From Azolla caroliniana (lineage: Eukaryota; Plantae; Polypodiophyta), in assembly GCA_043228905.1 (NCBI GenBank), contig JBHGNT010000095.1:1-64000 (forward strand): 64,000 nt of DNA, written 5' to 3'. Positions 24,001 through 37,200 of the stretch are shown here, one piece after another. Every line of letters begins with the position of its first letter. The stretch's first letter is position 1. The position numbers were made by a program, and so were the translations under genes. A model generated the notes under the pieces. The model was not told where the DNA came from, ran no database searches, and worked only from the letters and a program-made list of their open reading frames with translations.

Positions 24001-26809
24001 AATTGATTCAAGAGGTAATGTATTTGTATCCTAAGTAATTTATTGGCTTGGATGTTTACTTTCTTCAATGAGTAATTGCACATTGTTTGTGTGGTTATGG
24101 TGATGAAGGAAGTTTGGGGGCAGTGCAAGCAGCAGGATCTTTGTATGAGCAACCTGCATCGCATGCGAGTATACCTGTGTCTGCTTGGTATTATCAAGAA
24201 TATCTAGTTTGATGTCGTTGGGAACTCGTACCATCCATTATGTTTGCTAACCGTTTATATGCAAAAGACTTGCAGGGGAGGCCAAGCCTCCAGGCATGTA
24301 GCTGAACCGCATGCCAAAAACAAGTTTCTTCAAAGTCTGGAACAAGAAGAACGTGAATGGAATGCTCAACAGGAAGAAGGAAACAGAAATGGTTCTGATA
24401 ATAGGACCATAACTAATGAGACTCAGCAGAGTATTCTCCTAAGTTTGGATGAATCAGTGCAGTTCTGGACTGACTATTCCAAAGTTCATTTTCACCCATT
24501 AAGTTTGTATGAACTTGAAGGGGTATGGCAAGGAGTGACTCCATTCGATGATTTTGGCAGTGGGATAGGGCTACTAAAAGGTCTTGAAAAGGAAGAGATC
24601 CTTGACAGGTTGCGGTTTTTTGTAGAAGAAGCAGATCAAATGCAGGTATCTTAGGCGTTCATTGATTTAAATAAGCATACCTGTTCTTCACATGCATGTT
24701 TAAAGTTGGAAATCTCATCTAACAGGGTCTACTAGTTGTAGTGGATGATTCAAATGGCTTTGCAGGTATAGCAACAGATTTGTTAGATTCAGTGGTTGAT
24801 GATTATGATAAAAGTCCTGTCTTGTTGTTTACTGCTCGGTCACCAACATCATTGCTAAAACCAACAACATCTAATTCATCCACTTTAAGGGGACTTCATG
24901 ATGTTTTATCCTTCAGTCAGCTAAGCAGCTCTACTCAATGCATAACTCCACTTGGACTTTCTAGCTTTTCAAAATGTAAGCCAAACATGTCTTTGTCCCT
25001 AGTTGGACAAACGCATTTTCATGTGTCTTCATCATGATATACAGAAAGCTAGTTATTTAATCTCTTTTTTAACTTTTTGAGTAAAGTTTCTAGGAACTTA
25101 AATGTCAGCGATACAAAGGATTTTCATACTAGTGCGGTGTATGCATCTGCTTTGAGCTGCATCACATTACCTTTTCGGATGAGGGAACTCTCCATTCGTC
25201 CATCAGTTGTGTCTAACCAAACAGAGTATGGAGGAATTGACATGTCCAGTTTGATTCATTTGCTAATGGGTCAAAGGCGAAGACGGGTTTCTATTCTTGA
25301 TTTATCAATGCCAGCCCAGCCTCTCCCAGGTGTGTTTTATTTTCAAAAATAATTTATTGTTATGTTTTGTGTAGCACATATTATATTAATTCTGTTATTT
25401 TCTGAACTTAGATGCTCGGAAGCACGAAACCAATGATTTCTTTGAGTTTGTACCACTTGTTTCAGACGTAAGTGATAAAGATGATGAAAAAGTAACAGAG
25501 GTGCTTGTTGCTCAGGGTTCTTCACTGGAAGGTATACTTATTTAAAGTCTTGGAAAAAGTGGTTCAAGATCTATAGTACATAATCATACAGTATAAAGTT
25601 TAAAAATTATGTGCTTGTGTGCATGTCACCCATTCCTTTAATGGCACTTGCCCTTCCAAGTTTCTGACCCTGAACCCCCAATATAAAAATACTCTGAATA
25701 TCGATTTTGTGGTTCGTGTGCATGATAAAGTATATGATCCTACTAAGCATATTAATCGAGCTAAACGTGATTATCAACACAATAGAAGGGCAGTGTAACT
25801 CTCCAACCCAATCAATTGCCTCAGTGTATGCTTGTGTTTGGCTGGATGATTACTTTGTTATCCTTTCCATGATCATTATATTTCTATGAGCCTGTTTATA
25901 GCCTCTGTTGACTCATTATTAATGTAGTTATATGTGTGCACTATCATACTCAGTCAGTGAAGCTTATGAATAGGTCCATTTGACTTGTGATGCAGATTGT
26001 AAGAATATGGCGTCCTTGAAAATATAAAAGGGTAGCTACTTTATTTCTTTTCTCCTATAATGGCAACAATGATGGCCACCCCCTTCTGTACACTGTAATG
26101 CATACTTAGCTTTTATTTCAAGGTGAAATAATGCCTCTATTTTAACGTCCTTTTTAAGACTAGTAGTCTGCACTTTTCCTATACGTAATCATCATCTGTT
26201 TTTTAGTCACATCCAAGCATCTCGCACATTTGTTTTTTCTGATGCTCCACATTGAACTTTGAATGCATATAATGCTTACAAGTTAGAATTAAGAGAAGAG
26301 ACGCTCACCTAGTAAGCTGTGAATGTATCTTGGTTAATAACCTTTGTTTGTATGTTAGATTCCCTTGCTGCATGCTACCAACCAATAACCTTCCGGATAT
26401 TTCATGCTAATACGATTTACATTTCACAGATTCAGGAAGTACATCCTCCCTGATGGATGCTCGTACTCGCCGTCGTTCCCATTTGGCGTCTTCCAATTGC
26501 CCTTTAGTTCTTCCACTGCCATTTCCAAATTTGTTTAAACCCACAGGTAAGGAAATAATAAAACTGGGATCAGATATATCATCCATACCTATTGCATCGA
26601 AGTTACGATCAAGTTCAGCAGTTTTGCCTTATCTTGAGAAAAGATTGCAAACCCTACAGAATCTTCATAGAGGATCATTGGGTTGGCAAATACTCGAAGG
26701 GTGGGGTGTGGGTAAAGAGGAAGTCCAGGAGCTTGTTGAACTCAACTCAAATGTTATTGCTTCCTATAAGAATACTGAGGGCAATGATTATGAGTCTGAT
26801 TCTGATTAG
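21080..26809 (+). CDS. MSTO1: Misato/DML1 tubulin-like protein (misato homolog 1), ~549 aa
   Basis: Exons 21080-21151, 21265-21354, 23969-24014, 24109-24187, 24276-24645, 24726-24975, 25087-25329, 25412-25531, 26430-26809 (1650 nt, all GT-AG). Motifs MKELISIQIGGYANFVGSHFWNLQDE, YTPRLLAID, VQFWTDYSKVHFHP, DRLRFFVEEAD.MQG...VDD..GF, CPLVLPLPFP and C-terminal SDSD. Acceptors of exons 7 and 9 are less certain. Confidence 0.9.
22490..23450. repeat. Degenerate tandem repeat array in Misato intron 2
   Basis: Recurring tcaagaagga..gaatctcagctt..gtag..caaggtgtt and aaatacatg motifs, at least 7 copies, irregular period of roughly 55-160 bp. Confidence 0.6.
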
Positions 26810-27399
26810 ATGGAAAACGATGCAATGGGAAATGGTGGTGTATAGTTATCATGTGCACACTATAGATTTAAAATGGTCATGCATCGTTGTTATGGACTGT
26901 TCGGGTTGATACAAGGTTGCTTGCCTCTCTTGTAAAATATGTGAGCAGCATTGTGTGTTTAGACAGTTTCATTTTCCAACTTGTTTGAGAGTTTAAGCTG
27001 TATCTATATTTAGAGTTTTGTTATGCCAGCTTATGGTCTTTTGACAAATTGGCCTTTGTAACCGGATATGTTGCTAACAGTGCTTTCTAGATTTTGACCA
27101 GTTTTGTCATCTTTTTTTTTATCATATTATAATCTAAAAGCAAATATGATGTTTTCAGGATAATTTTGAGCTGATTCGCTAAGTTAAAACTCTCTTATCT
27201 CTGGAAGCTTCATTTCTGATTTGGGGACAGAGAGCCAGATGTTATCAGTTTTCACCATGGTTAATGAGTCTTTTGATATTGATATGTTCATGTCTTTAGC
27301 ACTGTGATGAAAGAACATACATTTAACATAATGCAAATCTTAGGTTTACTTAAGTCATTTGGACAAAACTAATACAGGAGTACTAGAGTAAGAAAATTA

Positions 27400-30300
27400 G
27401 TCTTATGAGAGACACCATAGTAGTAGGAAATCTTTACTTGCTTATTATATTGCCATTCATTACAAAAGTCTAAATTTTAGCCTTAAGCATCAAACTTGTC
27501 CAAATTAAATAATTTATCAAGGCATTTTTGGCTCATGTGGCCACGCATTTTATGCCATAGCTCCATATGTGAATGGATTTTAGTCAAAGCAATAAACTTG
27601 GCCATTAAAGTTTTACCATGCAAGCAATATAGAGTCCATGCCTTTATACCTTTAACAATTTGCATATAGCTGTTGATAAGCTTCCATGTACCTTTCTCAA
27701 AGAGGGTACTATATCAATGCATATTTGTTTGTCCAACATACAATAAGCTTTTCTAGATGGTTGGTACATACCTTTGTATCATACAAAACCAGCTCAGTAG
27801 TAACATCCATCATGAGATGCATTGTGTCAATGCCTTTAATAGAGCAAGCATGGTTATTTCTAAGATATATGTGTCCATGGTTGTCTAGATGAAAGGTAGT
27901 AAAACACTCCTTAATTGGAGTAACATGGAATGATGCACTTGAATACACAATCCATGTTTGTGAGAAAGCATCATTAAGCATAAGCAAGAAATCAACTAGA
28001 TCCCTCTTTGTAATCTATATATCATGTGCATAAATGTTAATAGAAGCATCATTAACTTCTAGATGTTGTATTGTCTATAAAGAAATGGAAGTGGTGTAGA
28101 TGATCTTGTGCAGCGGAAGGAACTTTGTGTGTGTGTGTGTAAGACAAACAAAGAGAGAGAGATAGAGAACAATAAGTTATATTAGAAAATATGAAATACA
28201 TCCAACATACATTTAGTTATAAAGGGTTGGTTTAAATACCAATTGTCCTTTCTACTATTTACAAAACTAGCTTAGTGTGTTTGTTGCTAGTGTGAAAGCC
28301 ATCACTTTTGGGAAGTTGGGTTTGATTCTCAACACACCCCGTCGAACACAACTTCTGGTCGTCCGAGAGATTGTCTTGTTGTTTGGCTCGTTTTGGCGTT
28401 TTGAGTTTCTCGGCTCTGTGGCCGGATAGTCGGTTGGCTTCATCAGTCGATCAGTCGGATCAACTTCGACTAGACAACGGGTATGATTTTTGATTATTGT
28501 GCTCCTTGTCTCATCAGTCGATTGGTTGGTTCGGCCACTACTTTGATTGTTCCTTTGGTCGGTTGCTATTGTGCTTGCATTGTACCCGTCGACATTGTCC
28601 ATTGTATTACTTCACTCCCCCTCAAGCTCGGCAACAGATATCATTAGACCAAGGTCCGAAGTAAATTGCCCGAGCTTGTTGACTCCTAAGGACTCCTAAG
28701 GTTTTTGTGAAGATGTCGGCGACCTAAAGGTTCGTGCTAATATGGTGCAGGTTGACATCTCCAGCGTGAACACGCTCTTGAATGAAGTGATAGTGCACTT
28801 TGATATGTTTCGTGCGCGCATGGAACACCAAGTTTCGAGCTAGATAAAATGCAGCTCATATTGTCGCAGTATAGGGGAATTAGATCTTTGATGGGAGCGC
28901 CCAAATTCGTCAATATGTGCTTCAGCTAGACGGTTTCACATGTTGAGACAATTGTGCCCTTGTATTCAGCCTTTGTTCTCAACAATGCGACTATCAGCTG
29001 CTTTTTACTACTCCAGGAGGTTGCTTCGTTGCCGAGGGAGATTCTACATGAATTGGCTAGGTAAACCAACCGAATAGCTGAGGTTGGGTCGTGTGATGGT
29101 GAGATAGATTAAGTTGTTGACCAATTGACAGTACTGGGTCGGCTCGCACCCTACAGTTTCAGAGTCAATATCGAGCTTTAGATTTTGATCGAGACGGGTT
29201 GCCACAAACTTACACTCAGTCATCTTGAACTTATATAATAAGTTGAGAATGTAGTGTTATTGGGAGATCATGATCCCAACTGGTGTCCAAATTACTTTTA
29301 TACTGACTCTTGCATATCTTTCATTTCAAATCGACCAGACATGAGAGATTTGACTCAATTGATATCAACCAAATTTTCTCCTCCAATTACCAAATCATCC
29401 ACGTAAAAGATGATAATAATCAGACTTCCGGAATTGTTGCCAATTTGGTGAAGATATTGGTTGACCTTTGAATGCCAAGCACACGATGCTTCCTTGAGTC
29501 CATATAATAGCTTCTTGAATCAGCAAACTGTTGTCGGTTGTTTGGTCGATTCAAAACCAAGTGGTTAAATCATGAAGACCTCTTCTAATTCACCTCGAAG
29601 AAAGGTGTTCTTCACGTTCATCAGATGGAGGTGCCACTCTTTAGCAGTTGCGAGCGTAATGAATGTCTGAACAATCGTCATCTTTGCCATCGGGGCAAAG
29701 TTCTCCTCATAGTCGACTCTATATGTTTGAGCATATCCCTTAGCTTTAAGTCATGCCTTGTGGAGGTTCACTAATCCGTCGACATTATATTTCAGTTTAT
29801 ATATCCATTTACAGCTAATCGTTTTCTTGTGTGGTGAGTGAGGGACGAGATCCCATGTTTGATTTTTGCATAATTCCTGCATTTCCTCGTTCATGGCTTC
29901 GATCCATCGTGGATCCTTGGTTGGCTCGGAATTTTTGTTTAGATAGATGGGTTACAACGCTTGTACCCCTTTTGCATGTCGGAGTCATCTCTAGTTTGTA
30001 CCAGGATGCCGACTTGTCGAAGACGACGTCACGACTCACTTGAACTTTTCAAATAGATGGGTTACAACGCTTGTACCCCTTTTGTTTGAGTGAGTACCCT
30101 ACGAGGATACATTTCTCCGACTTGGGATCGAGCTTTTGTCGTTTCTCATCGGGAAAATGTACATAAGTAATTGAACCGAATATCCTGATGGGGGATAAGT
30201 CCAGCTTCTTCCCGAAAAACTTCTCGTGGGGCATTACGTTGTGTACCCCGTATGTTGTGCACATGTTCATGAGTTTGACAGTTGTGTTCGCCCGTTCGCC

Positions 30301-32445
30301 GCTTCTGCCCAATATGACTTTGGTAGGTTCTTTTTGTTCATCATTGCTCTTGCCATCTCTAGTATGTGCCGATTCTTCTGTTCGACTACTCCATTATGTT
30401 GAGGTGTGTGTCGGCACGTAAACTCCCGTCGAATTCCTTCCTTTCGAAGATATGCTATAAATTCGTTCGAGAAATACTCTTTTCCTCCATCTGACCGAAG
30501 GCATCGGACATGCCGACTTATTGGGTTTTAGACTTCGTTTTTAAATTTCTGGAAGTGTGAGAACACTTCACTCTTTTGCCCCATAGGATAAATCTAAGTG
30601 TGCTTGGAGAAGTCGTCAATGAATGTGACATAGTATCGACATCCACCGAAGGTTGCCGTTTGGGTTGGTCCCCATACATCTAAATGTGTTACATCTAGGA
30701 TCATGAGCAAAGGGATGTAAAGGTTGGGAGTATGTTGACGACTCCTTTTGACTTCACGCCCTTGAGCTTCTAGAGATTGATGTGGCCAATTCTTTTGTGC
30801 CACAGTTCTAAGTCGATGTTGACTTTGAGGCCTTTCCTGAATATGGTTGACTTCACCCCGTTCGATTCGAGGATGAACATTCAACCTTCTCTTCAACCGC
30901 GAGCGATGAGTCGACCTTCTTTCTCAATAAAGCACCTAACGTCATGATTGAATCATACTTGCATGCCTTGTTCGACAATCTGGTAGACTAAGACAAAAAA
31001 ATTTGTGATGGTTGGGACATGCAAGACGTTCTTGAGGTAGGTTTGTTTACCATCCTTCTTGAATGGGACCTTTCCGACATGCCGAATGGGGTGAGTTGTG
31101 TCATCCCCAATTTCGACATAGTCAGGTCAATCGGGCTTCCTCAACTCTCCGAACCAATCTTCGTGAGACGTCATGTGATTGGATGCTCCAGAGCCGACAA
31201 CCATACATTGTCTGAAGAAGAGGTGTTGGTTGGACCCTATGCCGACATCAAGTGTGCTTTATGCCTCATTACGAACATTCTGCCATTGTCTTCCTAGTCA
31301 GATTTTGAGGCTCAATTAGTGAGTTGTCAACTAGTCGACGCCGACTCTCGTTTCTTCTTTCGGCACTGCTCTTCGTAATGGTTGAATTTTCCATAGTTCT
31401 CGCATTTGATTGGGTTGTTTTGGCGACTTGGTCCGGTAGGATGACTCCCCTTTCTGCCAAACTCCCTTGGTGTGTTCCTACTTCTTGCCAATGGTGGGAG
31501 TTGTGCTCTCGCCTAAACATGCCGGCCTCGTCCGAATCCTCTTCCCTTGTCCGACAGGGAGTAGAGAATTTGATCATTTGGTGCATTGCTCCTTGATTGG
31601 ACATGGTTTTCTTCGACGAACAATATCAACTACAAGTCGAAAAATGAGGGAGGATTCTCCCTAGCAAGGATGATTGACCTGATCTTGTCGAATCGTGGTG
31701 TTAAGTCATTGATACATATTTGCACCATTTCATCATCATTGATAAATGTGCATAAATGTTAATAGAAGCATCATTAACTTCTAGATGTTGTATTGTCTGT
31801 AAAGAAATGGAAGTGGTGTAGATGATCTTGTGCAGTGGAAGGAACTATGTTTGTGTGTGTGTGTGTGTAAGACAAACAAAGAGAGAGAGAGAGAGAGAGA
31901 GAGAGCTTAGAGAGATAGAGAACAATAAGTTATATTAGAAAATATGAAATATATCCAACATACATTTAGTTACAAAGGGTTGGTTTAAATACCAACTAAC
32001 CTAAGGCAACTACCCTTTCTACTATTTACAAAACTATCCTAGTGTGTCCACTCCTACTGTGAAAGTCATGACATTTGGGAAGTTGGGTTTGATTCCAACA
32101 CTACCATAGTAGCACAACTAATATCTTCTGCATCCAATGGCTCCTCAATGTTGATGTTAGAGACCATGTTGGCCTTCTCTTTGTCCTTGTCGTTAAAGTT
32201 GTTATGTGCTTCGTTCTCGATGTCCACTTTCTTCTTGTCACTTGTGTTCTTCTTTCTTCTTAATTTAGCTTTGTTGTACTTGCAATAAGGTTTCTTGCGT
32301 CCTTTCCTACTGCATTAATAAAAAGTCACTTCAGCCTTGCCTTTGATTTTGCGCTTGTTCCTCTATAAATTTCCACTAGCCACATTGGTTGAACCACTTC
32401 TCTCTTCACTAGCTTTCCTCTTGATTTCCTCATTCAAAATATAAC
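27400..32445 (-). mobile_element. Decayed Ty1/copia (host) split by a nested insertion; remnants at ~27400-28034 and 32101-32445
   Basis: TWIV.S.ASFHVTP protease, ELWHKMRGHMSQK GAG-pre-integrase and KDKEKANMVSN gag end; resembles the element at 43276-48203. Confidence 0.7.
28035..32100 (-). mobile_element. Decayed Ty1/copia bounded by LTR-like direct repeats 28035-28334 and 31757-32100
   Basis: TGTT..AACA repeats; integrase DVWGP..CRYYVTFIDDFS, KLDPKSEKCILVGY, RT and RNase H remnants with many stops; no PBS or TSD found. Confidence 0.75.
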
Positions 32446-32449
32446 CCTT

Positions 32450-33600
32450 TATTGGGGGTATCCATTGGGTGTTGATATTGCAAATGCTCAACTAATTGAC
32501 TGGATTGGTAGTAAATTGAAGGACAATTTTATGTATTGGAAGTCTCATATTGACCCTTTCATGTACAACTCAAAGTTGCACAATGTATCTTGATACCCAT
32601 GTTATTATATTTTTTACCATTACTCCCTTGGACTAAGAAGGCATTACAAATACGGTTGCAATACCTTCGGTTCATGTTGTTGTAGGAGGAAGAAATGATG
32701 GGAGTTCCATGTATTTCATGGAACAGGCTACCCCCAAACAGTTAGGTGGTGTAGTAATATTGGATTTGGATTTATGCATTTGATGGCTTATAGATTTGCG
32801 TTATCATGAGATATGTGTCAACAAGATCAACCATGGATATCTATGATACAATATTTTATTGAGCACGAAGGATAAGTGTACGAACTCAAAGGTTGTCAGA
32901 ATTTTGAAGATGTCAAATGATGGTTATGTATTCCCCCAAATTATGGATTTGTTTGAGACAAATGACAAGATATACCATTGCTGCATGGATCTTGCCAATG
33001 AAAACAAATGTTGCACCTTGGGTGGATTGGCGGTTACAAGATGCTACACGCTTGTTAGATGTCATTACAAATATATTGTATCATCATGCAATGACATCAT
33101 TATATTGGCTATCTCCTAAAGCAGAAAAGGTATAAAATGTATGTAAGTTGAATGCAAGGTGGTGGTAAATATTGCAACATGGTTGGCATTTACATTAACC
33201 AAATTGTGCAAAGGTATTCACGTGTAGAGTCATGCTTGGTGGGCTCCCATTAGGTTCAACCTTAAAGAGACGAGGACTAGGGTCATGTACGTGCTTCTTT
33301 TGCACCATTTCGTTGTAGGGCAGTAGACATAGGTTCATTAAATGTCTTATAGCGCGTATCATTTGGAAGTAGTTATCAAACATTTGGCAAGTTTTAACTA
33401 TTATTTGAGGCCTCAACAATGGGTTTTTTCTCAATATGTTCAAAATGGTCCAAATGACGAGTTGGAGATATTGTTCCAATTTTTTACGATATTGGGGACT
33501 ACAACACAATTGGAATATGCGTAATGCTTTCATTTTTTATAGTACACATGGGGTGAAAGCCTATATGAAGAAGTCGAAAGGCATGCTTTATGGTATTTCT
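32450..33600 (+). mobile_element. Degenerate L1-like LINE ORF2 3' fragment
   Basis: YWGYPLGVDI...LIDWI..KL...F.YWKS at ~32450 and zf-RVT-like CFFC......HRFIKC..ARIIW at ~33293-33370. Confidence 0.55.
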
Positions 33601-33613
33601 GGATGTTAGAGCA

Positions 33614-34227
33614 TGTGGGGATCCAAATATTAAAGAGGAATGAGGGTAACGCGCCAAGCATGGAAGCCTATATAAATACCGAGTGTTTTTAGAATGAGAG
33701 ATGGGAGAGGATATAGATATATTATTTTCGAAAGTAAGGTTATATTGAGAGATAAGCGAGCATGATACCGACAGTAGATCGGTACTTGTAACTGTGAGTG
33801 TTCATAATATATCATTCATTCTTGTGGGGTAATCTGGTGTGTTGCACTTGTGTTCCAAGTGTATTGTCTATGTAATCGTAAATCTGGAATCGGTTGTAGC
33901 CGATTCGGTCGGTTAACCTATATTGTGCTCCTTACAAGGTTAAGAGCCATCTGTATTCCTGAGTGCGGTGCGGGACAAATGAATTGGTTAACCTAGAAAG
34001 AGACAAGGGGAACCCTTAGGGTCGAGTTACCTCCCTTCCCCTTAACTCTCGTTCAGCTAGATACACAATCGACAATACAACATGAAATCCCTCCTCCTTC
34101 CCATTACAATCACCTTGATTTGGTTACTCGGAAGTAGTAACCGGGAAAGTGTTCCTCCAGTAAGTGGCAACACATCCCTCTCCCTACATAGGATAGGTAG
34201 GTGAAGAGACTAAAAAGTATTGTAACA
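33614..34227 (+). mobile_element. Possible solo LTR
   Basis: TGTGGGG...TGTAACA ends with TATATAAA at ~33669; no TSD found and boundaries are uncertain. Confidence 0.3.
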
Positions 34228-35465
34228 AGTGGATGTTGCCCAATGGAGACTAGGAAGTCATAGGTTCAACCCACACATTCCACAATGGCAACATCTAGTA
34301 AAGTAAGAGGGTATGTATGGAGTAATATAGAGGTGAGAAAATCGGGTTTCAAACCCAAAACATAGTGCTAGTAGTGTAACCCACTACCACTAGGGTAAGG
34401 TAATTACAATAAAAAGACAAAGAAAAATAATCTAAGAACTAGGACTTAAACCTAAGACGTTGTGCTAATATTGTAACCCTTTGCCATTTAGGGTAACATA
34501 ATTGCAATAAAAAGGTAAGGAGAGATAATCTAAGAACTAGGAGTCAGCAACGGCTTGGTTGCAACCCAAACACGGAGCCGTTAAAGCCTTTCTTGAACGA
34601 TTTGGCAGGGCTCAAGCCGACCACAAACCGGTAATTGTGTTAATCAATTTAGCCAAACTGGTTCCTAAATTGGTTAAGGTTCAGTACAAGTTTGAACCAG
34701 GTTTGGTTGGTTTGGACAAGGCCAAACCGGTTAAGCCGAAACCGGAATTGTCGCCGATTCGTACAGAGGGCGAAGCCCACCTCGAGCCAAAGGGAATGAA
34801 TGTGTACACAACCATACAATACAATACAATACATAACATGCATCCAATTGGCAGCATAAATCAGAATCACTCACAATTACAAGCAACCATTCCTTGATTT
34901 GACCTTTTTATTCGTATCGAATTCTTAGGTTTCTCTGTACCATGTTTTAGTCTGCCTCATCTTCAATCCGGGATTCCCTACGAATCTTTAACTCCTCGAA
35001 TACAATGATAATTCACACCTAACGAATCTGTCACTCTACCTCCTCTAGCCGTAACCGCAGGATGTAATTACAAATGAAAGGAAATGGCAGCATAAATCAG
35101 AATCACTCACAATTACAATTACAAAGGAAATGAAATGAAATGGCAGCATAAATCAGAATCACTCACAATTACAATTACAAAGGAAATGAAATGAAATGAA
35201 ATGCTCTGTTCTTCTCTTCTCTGCCTATTCCCCTGCTCCTCATCATTCATTCACACCCCCCCCCCAAACCTTGAAGGGCTCCAATACCCCCCTCCACAGT
35301 CTCAGGAGGAGGATCAATCACCTCCTGTTGCTACGCTTCTTCTTCTTCTTCTTCTTCTCGATTTCGTATCGATTCTTTGAGCTATCGTGTTTTTGTTTTG
35401 CACCACAGATCGGTCTTTTTTTTGACATAGTTGAGCTCTGTTTGACTTGCCTTCCTTTGCCACAC

Positions 35466-35690
35466 CATGAGAAGCTTTCTCTCCTCCATGTCTTGATTTG
35501 GTGCGTCGGCTTTTCCTGTGACATGATCGAAGCAGTAGATTCCTCCTTCGATTTTCAATCTGCCAAGCTCGGATGGTCATGAGAAGCTTTCTCTCCTCCA
35601 TGTCTTGATTTGATGCGGTGGCTTTCCCTGTGACATGATCGAAGCAGTAGATTCCTCCGTCGATTTTCAATCTGCCAAGCTCGGATGGTC
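35466..35690 (+). repeat. 112-bp tandem duplication in the likely 5' leader region of the PX-RH gene
   Basis: catgagaagctttctctcc...gctcggatggt occurs twice with few substitutions. Also ~56-bp tandem units at 35083-35200 and a ~47-bp unit at 36609-36707. Confidence 0.85.
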
Positions 35691-37200
35691 TTCTCGTGAG
35701 GTCAGTGCTTTTGTAGGATAGTCTTTTTGATGAATTTTCCCGTTGAGAGATGAAAAAAGCTTCCATGCCTTTTATTGTAGATTTCTGTCAGCGCTTTGTT
35801 TTTTTCTGGTGTGTTTCCTGGATTTCCTGTGGGTGGATTTCGACCTAAAAATTAACCTCGACAAAACAAATGAATAAAGGAGAATTATCCATTGTCGCCG
35901 TTCTCAAGCTTTAAAAACTCGTTTTCCTCTGTGTGGATTTTGACCTAAAAAGCTAGGGTTTTCTTCTTCTCATATCTGATGGGTTGCAGGTTTCTGATGA
36001 TCTCTTTTGCTCGAAAGTTTTTGATTTCTGTTTTTTAATGGATTTGATCATTGACATGTCTTCTCTTTCCTATGTAAGAACTAATTTTACTTTCCATTTT
36101 TTGTGAATTCTTAATATGTAAGGACTACACTTTATATAGATTTGATTGAAAGCTTTTGATTGTCTTGATGTATTTGATTAAAGCTTTCCCTTTTAGCCAG
36201 AACAAATTCATACCTATCCACACATTGCGATTCCTTTGTGGATTTGCGCAGAGACTTCCTTTTCATGCAGAACAAATTCACTTATATTGAAAGCTGTTGA
36301 ATTTCTGTGTTTAGTTTTGCTCATTGAAGATTTCGCTTTTCTGTGTAGGAACTTGATATATACATATATTATTCACGGCCTCATGAAGTGTGAGATCTTA
36401 TCTATTCAAAGATCCTAGCTTCTGCTTCGTTTGAGGCATAAACATTAATTAATCCCCAGGGATTTAGTATCCATGCCAATCGATCTAGAACAAGGTGCGC
36501 TCATCTTTGCATCAAAGGAAGGTGAGAATGTTTGAGTGGAAAGGAGTTAATTTGACCACTTCCTTTTTCTGACTGGCCTGTGGATGCAAAGAAGTTTAAA
36601 AATGATTGTGTTGCTTAAAGCTTTTCGGAGTGAAAATCAAAAGAAATTATTTTGTTGCTTTAAACTTTTTGGAGTGAAAATCAAAAGAAATTATTTTGTT
36701 GCTTAAAGTTTTTGGTTAACAATGATTAGGTAAGCCAGTGAAGAATATTGGTAATATTTTTCTAAGCAGTATGATTAGATCAATTCCTTTCTTCTGAATA
36801 CCTACAGAAGCTGAATTGTTCTTACTGTTGGTAAATCCAGAAGGTTTTTGCAGCAAAAGCTCAGTAGAAATGCTTTTCCTGAAAGCCTGTCATTGCAGTG
36901 AAATTTCATTATAAGTTTTACATCACCTTTAACAATAAATATGTGCTTGAGTGAGAAATGCGGAACGTTTGTGAATGCTGTGAAAATCACTAGACAGACT
37001 TTTGTTAGAATTCAATTCTAAAATCATATTATTGAAGTGGAAAACAAGAAGAAAATGCTTTTGCATGGAGAATGAGGGGTTGTATGGATAAGGAAGGAAT
37101 AATATCAGAGGAATGTTTTCGTTTCTGTAGAGATGAAAGCTTAATACCGCAGTGAAAAGTGATCTAAGATTGGATCTGTCTTGAGCTGAAAGGATTTGTT

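Noticed and set aside
17340-26809. SPC24 next to Misato as a mitotic gene cluster
   Set aside because: The adjacency is tandem with no shared promoter or synteny evidence, so chance is sufficient.
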